Made by a program: the position numbers and the translations under genes. A DNA stretch of 64,000 nucleotides from contig NW_025964057.1 of assembly GCF_023055435.1 (NCBI RefSeq), positions 1,736,001 to 1,800,000 on the forward strand, in the 5' to 3' direction. Under the pieces are notes generated by a model that saw nothing but the letters and a program-made list of their open reading frames with translations, did no database searches and had not been told where the DNA came from. This stretch comes from Haliotis rufescens (taxonomy: Eukaryota). Positions within the stretch are counted from its first letter, which is position 1. Each line of letters begins with the position of its first letter. Positions 22,311 through 35,140 of the stretch are shown here, one piece after another.

Positions 22311-23094
22311 CTATTAAATGAACACGAAAATTTAGAGGGAAAACGTAGAGGCAAACCTGGCCCAGTAGTCGTATCTGTTAGTGCATGCTAGACCTGGGTT
22401 CGAATCCGAGATTCGCATGGATTTTGATCCGTGGTTAGTTGTCATCACTATACTTGTTATCATGAGTTTTTCAAAAAAGAGTTAAACGTCTACGATGTCA
22501 TAAAGGCAGCTCACACATCAAGCTGACATGCATTTACATTTCTGAAATTCTGTTTTGTGGCTTCAGATTCCAAAAGACTGAATCGACGTGACAGAATACA
22601 GACTTTAGTTTGCCTTATTTCCGTCATATGTAGTAAATATTGGTAATTACGAAATTATAAATGTTTGAAGACACCAAATCTTCAAATGACACAATAAACA
22701 CACAATCGTTATCTCAGCTATTTTATTGAGACACGTACAAAGTTATAAGGGAAAACAAAGTCAACATCCTTTGGGCGAAATCCTACTCTGTTCGTTAACA
22801 ACAATAACTGCCCAAAAAGTAGTATGAAAGATACTTGTCATACATGCAGAGCCATCTACAGGATTCCTCTTTGAGGATACTGAAACACTTCCATTGATAA
22901 ATAATGTGAATAATCACCATCTACTTAGCAACAGAAATACAATGTAATGCACACGCATTGGTTTAACCGATACGGTTTACAGTTGTATTCCATACAGGAA
23001 TAGTTCTACCCACCCCTCCCGACCCACAAGAGCCTACCATCCTCAGACCACCCACTCCCTCCCTTTCCCCTTTCCCCATCCCAACGTGCGCAGA

Positions 23095-23482
23095 TTTGAT
23101 GCCTGGAATGCGTGAACAGGTTTTGTTGAAATATGTGCAGGATACTATGATTTAAAAAAAAAATTTAAACATAAAATCTAGAGTGAATTCCACTCTTCAG
23201 AAAGAGATATTAACGAGATGCATGTTCAACTGAGAGATGTACCTTATTTTTAAACTATATTTGCAAGTTTAACATTTTGCTTGAAGATGTCCAAGCGAAA
23301 TGTTGAACTCGTAAATGTGGTTTACAAATAAGATATCTCTCGGTAGAACATGCATCTCCTTAATATGTTTTCCTGAAGTACTGAATTCACTCTGGATTCT
23401 ATGTTTAAAATATTACTTGCAAAATCATGTGTCATATCATATTTCAATAAAACAACTCTTCACACATTCGAGGCATAAAATA
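23095..23482. repeat. Degenerate palindrome, ~190-bp arms and 8-nt loop, in the predicted 3' UTR of copy C
   Basis: Centre aacattttgcttg-aagatgtc-caagcgaaatgtt at 23271-23304. Further pairs include gagatgcatgttc/gaacatgcatctc and agagtgaattc/gaattcactct. Confidence 0.85.
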
Positions 23483-23546
23483 CGCTCTTGAAATATTATA
23501 AACCCACCTGCGCACGTTATCATAAGTAACAATTTCTAGGATTAAT

Positions 23547-23770
23547 TTAATCCTTCATCAACATGTTCACGATCATGATTATCATAACCTCGATTGAAAG
23601 CCCAATCTTGAGGTATTCTTTGATATCAATGTCTTTGAACTGTGACCTCACAGATTTGGTTGGACGTGTGATCTTGGTCCCCACACCATATTTCCGTGTA
23701 CGTTGTCTGACTGCCTTCCTTGACCTTGACCGAGGCTTGGTCCTTCTGGTTTTAACTCGTCTTGGCATGA
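23547..23770 (-). CDS. Copy C terminal exon: basic linker plus C-terminal hydrophobic tail
   Basis: Acceptor gtcatttcag|TC ATG CCA at 23771/23770. Reads VMPRRVKTRRTKPRSRSRK...YLKIGLSIEVMIIMIVNMLMKD*. Intron 608 bp versus 611 bp in copy B. Confidence 0.75.
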
Positions 23771-24378
23771 CTGAAATGACAATGAAAGACAGGACCATGA
23801 GGGTATTTAAATCACCTGGCTTTGTGTGTTATTGCTTTAAAATCTGATTCTGAATAATAAAGATGGGATCTTGTCGACACCACCACGATTACATGGTCAT
23901 TCATATGAGATGTTGAAAATACATGCATTTTAAATAAGGAATTGAGAGATAAAAAGTATTTTCCCAGCAAAGATAATTAAACAATTTCAACCTTGTTAAT
24001 TTTTAGATATGCCCATTTTTTGTGTATGGAAAAGAGAGAACTATATGTGCTGTTTGAAATGTATGGGTCAAGATAAGAAGATATTTCCTTTGACAATATC
24101 TTGATTGTAACCATTTTCCAGTGACCATAATATGCACACTCTGACTTATATATTAATGATTATGCAAAATAGACTGAAACCCACTACAGATTGATTAGCA
24201 ACTCCCTAAATATGAACTAAGTTCACCGATTTGTCATTGGATGTAAACTTTAACAACGATCTACAGCTCAGGTCTGTTGTCGTTCTAATAGCACGTATCA
24301 CGTGAAGAGAGTAAATCTGCAGTTAACACTATGTAGTGTATAAGGTTATACAAGGTAGATTATTGAGAAATTGCATAC

Positions 24379-27300
24379 CAGTGATATTCTTGACATGCAC
24401 TATGATGTTAGAATTCCCACACTGCGCGTTGGAGATATCTCCATCGATGTCAAGCGTGAAGTTTTGTCCTCTGACGACGCCATCTCTTCTCTGGCTACTT
24501 TGTCTGTCTCGGGCATCTCCTCTCAGTTTTCGTCCGCTGTTAATATCTTGTCTTTTCGTCATTCTTTCTTTACCAATATACTCTCCTGTTCGCTCACTTC
24601 CACTTTCATCGTACTCCTGTTTTCCGTCAACAGCGACATGTCCGTCTGGTCGTCCTCCACCGACTTCAGTGCCTTGTCCTTCTCTTCCTCCAGTGGTATA
24701 TTGGTCTCTCCTCCATTTTCCTCCACCACCCCCATATTCTCCATGCTTTCCTTCCACAGCACCGTCTCCAATTCTTCTTCCTCTTCCTTCACCGCCGGCT
24801 GTGTCTCCTCTGTATCTCCCCCCAGGGGAACGTTGATCTCTCCTCAATCTTTCTCCACCACTACCATATTCTCCCTGCTTTCCACCAACAGCGCCATCTC
24901 CGTCTCGTCTTTCTCTTCTTCCACCAGCGCCAATCTTTCCTCTATCCCCAGCCCCAGTATATTGGTCTCTCCTCCACCTTCCTCCACTCCTATCATATTC
25001 TCCCTGCTTTCCTCCAACAGCACCATCTCTGTCTCTTCTTCTTCCTCCACCGACGTCAATGTCTTCACAATCCTTTCCTACAGTGGTTTGATGATCTCTC
25101 TTCCATCTTCCTCCACCACTCTTACATTCTCACTGCTTTTCACCAACAGCGCCATCTCTGTCTCTTCTTCTTCCTCCACCGACGTCAATGTCTTCACAAT
25201 CCTTTCCTACAGTGGTTTGATGATCTCTCTTCCATCTTCCTCCACCACTCTTACATTCTCCCTGCTTTTCATCAACAGCGCCATCTCCAATTCTTCTTCC
25301 TCCACCGACATCAGTGTCTTCACTATCCATTCCTACAGTGGTATGTTGATCCCCCTTCCATCTTCCTCCACCACTCTTACATTCTCCCTGCTTTTCACCA
25401 ACAGCGCCATCTCTGTCTCTTCTTCTTCCTTTACCGACATCAGTGTCTTCACTATCCATTCCTACAGTGGTATGTTGATCTCTCTTCCATCTTCCTCCAC
25501 CACTCTTACATTCTCCCTGCTTTTCACCAACAGCGCCATCTCTGTCTCTTCTTCTTCCTCCACCGACGTCAATGTCTTCACTATCCATTCCTACAGTGGT
25601 ATGTTGATCTCTCTTCCATCTTCCTCCACCACTCTTACATTCTCCCTGCTTTTCACCAACAGCGCCATCTCTGTCTCTTCTTCTTCCTCCACCGACGTCA
25701 ATGTCTTCACTATCCATTCCTACAGTGGTAGTTTGATCTCTCTTCCATCTTCCTACACCTCTCTTACATTCTCCCTGCTTTTCATCAATAGTGCCATCTC
25801 CATTTTTTCTTCCTCGACCGACTTCAGTGTCTCCTCTAACCATCTCCCCTGTGGTATATTGATCTTTCCTCCATCTTTTTCCACCACCACCCTGCTTCTC
25901 TTCAACAGCACCATCTCCAGTACTTCCCCCTCTTCCTCCACGGCCGCTTGTATCTCCTCTATATCTTCCCCCAGGGGAACGTTGAACTCCCCTCCATCTT
26001 CCTCCACCACTACCATATTCTCCCTGCTTTTCTTCAACAGCGCCATCTCCAATTCTTCTTCCTCCACCGACATCAGTGTCTCCTTTAGCCACCCACCTGG
26101 TGGTATATTGATCTCTCCTCAATCTTCCTCCACCACCACCACCACCACCACCGTATTCTCCCTGCTTTCCACCAACAGCGCCATCTCCGTCTTGTCTTTC
26201 TCTTCTTGCACCAGCGCCAATCTTTCCTCTATCCCCACCCCCAGTATATTGGTCTCTCCTCCACCTTCCTCCACTCCTATCATATTCTCCCTGCTTTCCT
26301 CCAACAGCACCATCTCTGTCTCTTCTTCTTCCTCCACCGACGTCAATGTCTTCACAATCCTTTCCTACAGTGGTATGTTGATCTCTCTTCCATCTTCCTC
26401 CACCACTCTTACATTCTTCCTGCTTTTCACCAACAGCGCCATCTCTGTCTCTTCTTCTTCCTCCACCGACGTCAATGTCTTCACTATCCATTCCTACAGT
26501 GGTATGTTGATCTCTCTTCCATCTTCCTCCACCACTCTTACATTCTCCCTGCTTTTCACCAACAGCGCCATCTCTGTCTCTTCTTCTTCCTCCACCGACG
26601 TCAATGTCTTCACAATCCTTTCCTACAGTGGTTTGATGATCTCTCTTCCATCTTCCTCCACCACTCTTACATTCTCCCTGCTTTTCACCAACAGCGCCAT
26701 CTCTGTCTCTTCTTCTTCCTCCACCGACGTCAATGTCTTCACAATCCTTTCCTACAGTGGTTTGATGATCTCTCTTCCATCTTCCTCCACCACTCTTACA
26801 TTCTCCCTGCTTTTCATCAACAGCGCCATCTCCAATTCTTCTTCCTCCACCGACATCAGTGTCTTCACTATCCATTCCTACAGTGGTATGTTGATCCCTC
26901 TTCCATCTTCCTCCACCACTCTTACATTCTCCCTGCTTTTCACCAACAGCGCCATCTCTGTCTCTTCTTCTTCCTCCACCGACGTCAATGTCTTCACTAT
27001 CCATTCCTACAGTGGTATATTGATCTCTCTTCCATCTTCCTCCACCACTCTTACATTCTCCCTGCTTTTCACCAACAGCGCCATCTCTGTCTCTTCTTCT
27101 TCCTCCACCGACGTCACTGTCTTCACTATCCATTCCTACAGTGGTAGTTTGATCTCTCTTCCATCTTCCTCCACCTCTCTTACATTCTCCCTGCTTTTCA
27201 TCAATAGTGCCATCTCCATTTTTTCTTCCTCGACCGACTTCAGTGTCTCCTCTAACCATCTCCCCTGTGGTATATTGATCTTTCCTCCATCTTTTTCCAC

Positions 27301-30300
27301 CACCACCCTGCTTCTCTTCAACAGCACCATCTCCAGTACTTCCCCCTCTTCCTCCACGGCCGCTTGTATCTCCTCTATATCTTCCCCCAGGGGAACGTTG
27401 AACTCCCCTCCATCTTCCTCCACCACTACCATATTCTCCCTGCTTTTCTTCAACAGCGCCATCTCCAATTCTTCTTCCTCCACCGACATCAGTGTCTCCT
27501 TTAGCCACCCACCTGGTGGTATATTGATCTCTCCTCAATCTTCCTCCACCACCACCACCACCACCACCGTATTCTCCCTGCTTTCCACCAACAGCGCCAT
27601 CTCCGTCTCGTCTTTCTCTTCTTCCACCAGCGCCAATCTTTCCTCTATCCCCACCCCCAGTATATTGGTCTCTCCTCCACCTTCCTCCACTCCTATCATA
27701 TTCTCCCTGCTTTCCTCCAACAGCACCATCTCTGTCTCTTCTTCTTCCTCCACCGACGTCAATGTCTTCACAATCCTTTCCTACAGTGGTTTGATGATCT
27801 CTCTTCCATCTTCCTCCACCACTCTTACATTCTCCCTGCTTTTCACCAACAGCGCCATCTCCAATTCTTCTTCCTCCACCGACATCAGTGTCTTCACTAT
27901 CCATTCCTACAGTGGTATTTTGATCTCTCTTCCATCTTCCTCCACCACTCTTACATTCTCCCTGCTTTTCACCAACAGCGCCATCTCTGTCTCTTCTTCT
28001 TCCTCCACCGACGTCAATGTCTTCACTATCCATTCCTACAGTGGTATGTTGATCTCTCTTCCATCTTCCTCCACCACTCTTACATTCTCCCTGCTTTTCA
28101 CCAACAGCGCCATCTCTGTCTCTTCTTCTTCCTCCACCGACGTCAATGTCTTCACTATCCATTCCTACAGTGGTATGTTGATCTCTCTTCCATCTTCCTC
28201 CACCACTCTTACATTCTCCCTGCTTTTCATCAACAGCGCCATCTCCAATTCTTCTTCCTCCACCGACATCAGTGTCTTCACTATCCATTCCTACAGTGGC
28301 ATGTTGATTTCTCTTCCATCTTCCTCCACCACTCTTACATTCTCCCTGCTTTTCACCAACAGCGCCATCTCTGTCTCTTCTTCTTCCTCCACCGACGTCA
28401 ATGTCTTCACTATCCATTCCTACAGTGGTATGTTGATCTCTCTTCCATCTTCCTCCACCACTCTTACATTCTCCCTGCTTTTCATCAACAGCGCCATCTC
28501 TGTCTCTTCTTCTTCCTCCACCGACGTCAATGTCTTCACTATCCATTCCTACAGTGGTATGTTGATCTCTCTTCCATCTTCCTCCACCACTCTTACATTC
28601 TCCCTGCTTTTCACCAACAGCACCATCTCTGTCTCTTCTTCTTCCTCCACCGACGTCAATGTCTTCACTATCCATTCCTACAGTGGTATGTTGATCTCTC
28701 TTCCATCTTCCTCCACCACTCTTACATTCTCCCTGCTTTTCACCAACAGCACCATCTCTGTCTCTTCTTCTTCCTCCACCGACGTCAATGTCTTCACAAT
28801 CCTTTCCTACAGTGGTATGTTGATATATCTTCCATCTTCCTCCACCACTCTTACATTCTCCCTGCTTTTCATCAACAGCGCCATCTCTGTCTCTTCTTTT
28901 TCCTCTACCGACATCAGTGTCTTCACTATCCATTCCTACAGTGGTATGTTGATCTCTCTTCCATCTTCCCCCACCACTCTTACATTCTCCCTGCTTTTCA
29001 CCAACAGCGCCATCTCTGTCTCTTCTTCTTCCTCTACCGACATCAGTGTCTTCACTATCCATTCGTACAGTGGTATGTTGATCTCTCTTCAATCTCAATC
29101 CACCGCTCTCACATTCTCCCTGCTTTTCATCAACAGCGCCATCTCGGTCTCTTATTCTTCCTCCATCGACGTCAATGTCTTCACTATCCATTCCTACAGT
29201 GGTAGTTTGATCTCTCTTCCATCTTCCTCCACCTCTCTTACATTCTCCCTGCTTTTCATCAATAGTGCCATCTCCATTTTTTCTTCCTCGACCGACTTCA
29301 GTGTCTCCTCTAACCATCTCCCCTGTGGTATATTGATCTTTCCTCCATCTTTTTCCACCACCACCCTGCTTCTCTTCAACAGCACCATCTCCAGTACTTC
29401 CCCCTCTTCCTCCACGGCCGCTTGTATCTCCTCTATATCTTCCCCCAGGGGAACGTTGAACTCCCCTCCATCTTCCTCCACCACTACCATATTCTCCCTG
29501 CTTTTCTTCAACAGCGCCATCTCCAATTCTTCTTCCTCCACCGACATCAGTGTCTCCTCTAGCCACCCACCTGGTGGTATATTGATCTCTCCTCAATCTT
29601 CCTCCACCACCACCACCACCACCACCACCACCACCACCACCACCGTATTCTCCCTGCTTTCCTCCAACACCACCATCTCTGTCTCTTCTTCTAAATCCAC
29701 CGACATCAGTGTCTCCTCTAGCCACCCACCTGGTGGTATATTGATCTCTCTTCCATCTTCGTCCAACACCATCGTATTCTCCCAGCTTTCCTACCAGAGC
29801 GCCATCTCCTCTTCTTTTTCCTCCACCGACGTCAATACCTCCTCTATCTCTTCCTCCAGGGGCACATTGACCCCTCCTCCATCTTCCTCCGCCACCAACA
29901 CCATCGTATTCTCCCAGCTTTCCTTCCAGAGCGCCATCTCCTCTTTTTTTTCCTCCAACGACGTCAATACTTCCTCTATCTCTTCCTCCAGGGGCACATT
30001 GACCCCTCCTCCACCTTCCTCCACCACCACCACCACCGTATTCGCCCAGCTTTCCTTCCAAAGTGCCATCTGCTCTTCTTTTTCGTTTTCCTCCACCGAC
30101 GTCAATACCTCCACTTTCTCTTCCTCCAGGGGCACATTGACCCCTCCTCCATCGTCCTCCACCACCAACACCATCGTTTTCTCCCAGCTTTTCGTCCAAA
30201 GTGCCATCTGCTCTTCGTTTTCGTTTTCCTCCACCGACGTCAATACCTCCTCCATCTCTTCCTCCAGAGGCACATTGACCCCTCCTCCATATTCCTCTAC

Positions 30301-31156
30301 AACCACCACCACGGTATTCGCCCAGCTTTCCTTCCAGAGTGCCATCTCCTTTTCTTTTTCGTTTTCCTCCACCGACGTCAATATCTCCACTATCTCTTCC
30401 TCCAGGGGCACATTGACCCCTCCCCCATCTTCCTCCGCCACCACCACCGTTTGCTCCCTGCTTTCCTTCCAGAGTGCCATCTGCTCTTCTTTTTCTTTTT
30501 CCTCCACCGATGTCAGTCTTTCTTCTGTATCCACCTTCAGTGGTATATTGATCTCCCCTCATTCTTCCTCCACGACCACCGTATTCTCCCAGCTTTCCTT
30601 CCAGAGCGCCATCTCCTCTTCTTTTTCCTCCACCGACGTCAATACCTCCTCTATCTATTCCTCCAGAGGCACATTGACCCCTCCTCCATCGTCCTCCACC
30701 ACCAACACCATCGTTTTCTCCCAGCTTTTCGTCCAAAGTGCCATCTGCTCTTCGTTTTCGTTTTCCTCCACCGACGTCAATACCTCCTCTATCTCCTCCT
30801 CCAGAGGCACATTGAACCCTCCTCCATCGTCCTCCACCACCAACACCATCGTTTTCTCCCAGCTTTTCGTCCAAAGTGCCATCTGCCCTTCGTTTTCGTT
30901 TTCCTCCACCGACGTCAATACCTCCTCTATCTATTCCTCCAGAGGCACATTGATCCCTCTTCCATCTTCTTCTACCGCCACCGACACCACCGCATTTTCC
31001 ATGCTCGTCTGAAAAAGCATCATTGATGTCTTCACTTATACCGCAGCTTGCGTCAGACTCTATTGGATTGATAGAATCTCTTCGAGGTCTGACATTCTTT
31101 CTTTTTCCACTCGTAATTTCCCTTCTTCTTTTACCAAAAGAGTCCAGAATTTCCAT
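24379..31156 (-). CDS. Copy C giant exon: ~50 x 43-aa G/R/D/E/K-rich repeats followed by a RHIM-like motif; one in-frame TGA at 25132-25130
   Basis: Acceptor tgatttcag|ACA ATG at 31160/31159. ORFs 31156- and 24847- share a frame, separated by GGA->TGA. AQCG at 24427-24416. Donor ACT G|GTATGC at 24379/24378. Product ~2,333 aa if the stop is corrected. Confidence 0.75.
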
Positions 31157-31429
31157 TGTCTGAAATCAAAAGATGGCATTGTGAATCTTTGCATTGTTGC
31201 GATGTTCTGTAATCTGCTGCCACCACATATTTGGGTAGGTTTGTTTTTCCTCAAAGTTTGCATCCCCATATTTCGTCTTTCACTCTATAAACTGGTTTCT
31301 GTTGAGACAGGAACTCTGTAGTGGCGGAAAACCAACAAATACAACAACCAAACAAGTAAGTGAGTGAATGTTATCTGATGCCGAACAACAATATTTCAGC
31401 TACATTACGACTGTCACTAAACCCAGACC

Positions 31430-32440
31430 AGGCAAACCAGTGACCGAGACATACAGTCTCAGTCTCACGCACCCGACCAGGCAAACCAGTGACCGGTGCA
31501 GGATGACATACAGTCTCAGTCTCATGCATCGGATCAGGCAAACCACTGACAAGTGCAGGATGACATACAGTCTCAGTCTCACGCATCGGATCAGGCAAAC
31601 CACTGACCGGTGCAGGATGACATACAGTCTCAGTCTCACGCATCGGATCAGGCAAATCACTGACCGGTGCAGGATGACATACAGTCTCAGTCTCACGCAT
31701 CGGATCAGGCAAACCACTGACCGGTGCAGGATGACATGCAGTCTCAGTCTCACGCATCGGACCAGGCAAACCAGTGACCAGTGCAGGATGACATACAGTC
31801 TCAGTCTCACGCATCGGATCAGGCAAACCACCGACCGGTGCAGGATGACATACAGTCTCAGTCTCACGCATCGGACCAGGCAAACCACTGACCAGTGCAG
31901 GATGACATACAGTCTCAGTCTCACGCATCGGATCAGGCAAACCAGTGACCCGTGCAGGATGACATACAGTCTCAGTCTCACGCATCGGATCAGGCAAACC
32001 ACTGACCGGTGCAGGATGACATACAGTCTCAGTCTCACGCATCGGATCAGGCAAACCACTGACCAGTGCAGGATGACATACAGTCTCAGTCTCACGCTTT
32101 TGATCAGGCAAACCAGTGACCGGTGCAGGATGACATACAGTCTCAGTCTCACGCATCGGATCAGGCAAACCACTGACCAGTGCAGGATGACATACAGTCT
32201 CAGTCTCACGCATCGGATCAGGCAAACCAGTGACCTGTGCAGGATGACATACAGTCTCAGTCTCACTCATCGGATCAGGCAAACAAGTGACCCGTGCAGG
32301 ATGACATACAGTCTCAGTCTCACGCATCGGATCAGGCAGACCAGTGACCGGTGCAGGATGACATACAGTCTCAGTCTCACGCTTTTGATCAGGCAAACCA
32401 GTGACCGGTGCAGGATGACATACAGTCTCAGTCTCACACA
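31430..32440. repeat. Minisatellite, 57-bp unit, ~17 copies, in intron 1 of copy C
   Basis: Unit caggcaaaccactgaccggtgcaggatgacatacagtctcagtctcacgcatcggat. Confidence 0.97.
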
Positions 32441-33789
32441 ACCTGCCACCAGAAATGGGATGCAAGGATACAAGTAACTGCAGGTACGTGTTACGTTTTC
32501 ACTCAGTCACGTACGAGCAATGAGAAAAGAAAAAGGCGTGTATACCTACACATATAAATGGTACAGTTATGACACAACGTCTCTGTACAAACAACAAGCT
32601 ACGAATACTAACCTACATGTAATCAATGAAATGTTTGGCACGTTGCCAGACAGACATTTCAATAACTCCCTCCAACACTGAAGGCGTTCAAACATAGGCA
32701 ACCAGTGGTGTAGTCAGTGCATAATAGCAACATTACACCGGTGTTCATTGTCCCGTTTCTAGGGCAACCTATTTTTTAACAACACAAAAACGAATATAAA
32801 ATAATTAAAAATTTACTGTGGAAAATGAATATTCAGCATGTCGGTATGTACATAATAAACAATTGAGATACCCTTATCTCTTAAAATATGTTCAATGTAA
32901 TCGTATCTGAAACGTATTTGATTTCCCAGAACACAATTGATTCTGTTAAAAGCCTCTGAAAATAATCCTAGTTTCGCTTTCGTTCTCTTTGAAGTGTCAT
33001 TGATCAAATGGTTTCACTGTAGATAAGGCGACAACACCCTTTCCATAATCATAATCTGTAAACGGCGGACTCCACCGTACGATTCCGACTAAAAAATTCA
33101 AATTGTGTACGACCCTTGTTTTAGCCACAGCAACCAGCCACTGACAACATACATCCTGAACCCAAATAATCCTATGCATTTCGACGTATTACAAATGCAT
33201 ATAGAATGACGGCAAGCTTGCGACCACCATTTGTTCAAGATTTATTACCGTAACTATAGGTGGGATGTGTTATTGCATTCCTTTATGAGTTCAGTTGGCG
33301 ATAATGCTGAATCTTGGTACCCACCTTATTTGAGCCTTGAGATATTTTTCTCCGATTGTTAGGTTCGCCTTGTCGCCACAGCCGTCGCCGCGAGACTACT
33401 TGTAACAGCATACGCGCATGCGTAGTTATTGATTGGCCAGTTGTGCAATACCGCTAGACTAATGCTAAGTCTCGGAAACTATATAACTTTGACAGAAATA
33501 AGAAATTACATTTAGATAGAAAAGGAGCCCGGAGATGGGAGATTCCTAAACTGAAATTCTAGACTTGCTTCATAATGAGCTATAACATTACAGTAAGGGC
33601 TGGGCGGAAGAGAAAATAATATGGTTCAAAGACTGCGCGACAGACTACACTATCGCCTGTAAGCTCACTCCAACCAGGACGTAATCTAATCGTTAGTGCT
33701 TGTCACATACAAACTTGTTTAACCTGTTCCCGACTGCCACCATGGTGAACACAAGCACAAGCACCAAACATTAAACTACGTTTATAAAA

Positions 33790-33892
33790 CCATCTGTTTT
33801 TTTGGTCCCGGCCATTTACTGTGTGCATGCTCATAACAAACTTCGGTTATAACGAACTAAAATGAATTCGTTATAACCATAGAGTATTGTAT
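33790..33892. mobile_element. Fragment of a pogo/Tigger-like MITE, related to 58722-58882
   Basis: ggtcccggcc...cggttataacgaactaaa...ttcgttataacc...attgta. Confidence 0.5.
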
Positions 33893-34094
33893 AGAAAGCA
33901 GTCTCGTTTCCTGCCCTCTGGGATACATGTAGACTCATTTTTATTGCAAGATTTCTAGTCGCACCCGTGTCTGCTGCATTTCTACGATTGATGTTATATG
34001 ATTTGGTACCATTAATTCGTCTTCGAATCCTAATTCTTATAAATTTAATTTGGTATCGTTTGCTTGCTCTTCAGTATAGTTGTCATTACATCCG

Positions 34095-34275
34095 ACGCCT
34101 CCGTGGTCTTGCGGATACTCGTTACTTGTTGTTGCCCTGCCTGTGCTCGGCAAAAACGGGTCAAAACAAGGACCAGACAAGGACCAGACTATTGAAGTTA
34201 AAACTGTGGCATGGTATCTCAGTGGGCTAGCACAATAAAACTGGTAGTAGTCCAGACTTGTACAAGTAGTGCACA
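34095..34275 (+). mobile_element. Internally deleted Meta/MESC-type SINE
   Basis: cgcctccgtggtct...tacttgttgttgccctgcctg...ggcatggtatctcagtgggctagcac...gacttgtacaag. Confidence 0.65.
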
Positions 34276-34319
34276 AAATAGCATATTATTATTATTTACA
34301 GATGAAAATATATAAGTGC

Positions 34320-35140
34320 AGCAAGGAGGGTTTGGGTGACCCTTGCACGGTCAGGCTAGTTAGGCTCATCATCAGCTAAAGGCCCTTGCCCCATCTACAC
34401 GCTGCCCAGACAGCTAATGGGACTTCTCCCAAGAAGCGCTGCCTAGTCGAACCCATCCAGATCTTTTCGGAGAATGTGAAGACTTCGCAACACTGCAGCC
34501 TTCTGCATTACCCAGATTGTCAGAAGGGCTGTATTCCTGGTAGCAAACCCGGGTACTCTCCCGATGTCAGTCAACAAATTGGGAGGTACCAAACCTAAGG
34601 CACCGAGAACAATGGGGAGTCGGACAACTTGGTACTTGGGATGCGAGCGTGACATTTCGAAAGCGAGGTCTGCATATTTCGTTTTTCCTGAATTCGGTCA
34701 ATCACATCCGTGCCAAAAGGGACAGATAATTCAATGATATGAATGATTTCATTGGATTTATAAAAAAGGCTAAGGTAAGATGTTGATGGCGAGGGTAGGT
34801 TTGAGGCTGTATACGGGCCTATTCCAAATAATTTTATAAATTTCAATTTCTATGACGCCCTTTGCATATTTCGGATCGTATGAAGGATGGACCTCCGAGT
34901 CAAAAACACAAGCATTGCGAAAACCGGTAATAAAAAGATCGAGCTACGCCACTATGTCGCTTAAGATACTGTGTTTGTGCCAAAGCTGGGCATCCACTGA
35001 CAATGTGTTGGACAGTCTCATTAAATCCATTGCATAATCTACATTTCATATTTACAGTTTGACACATGATTGTTATTTCCCTCAGATATTGACTTGGGTC
35101 TAACGGCGATGTGAAAAGATTTTTCAGAGGCTTCACTGTT
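34320..35140 (-). mobile_element. 3' fragment of a restriction-like-endonuclease LINE (R4/Dong/NeSL type), decayed
   Basis: CCHC finger CRLCNGFNETVQHIVSGCPALAQTQYLKRH, then IHIIELSVPF, LPIVLGALG and MQKAAVLRSLHILRK, in three frames. Confidence 0.88.

Noticed and set aside
24371-31012. 2213-aa Ser/Thr-rich mucin-like ORF on the plus strand
   Set aside because: It is the exact in-register antisense of the G/R frame. Stops there need TTA/CTA/TCA sense codons, which this repeat lacks. The same frame in copy B is repeatedly broken, and splice and promoter signals all point to the minus strand.
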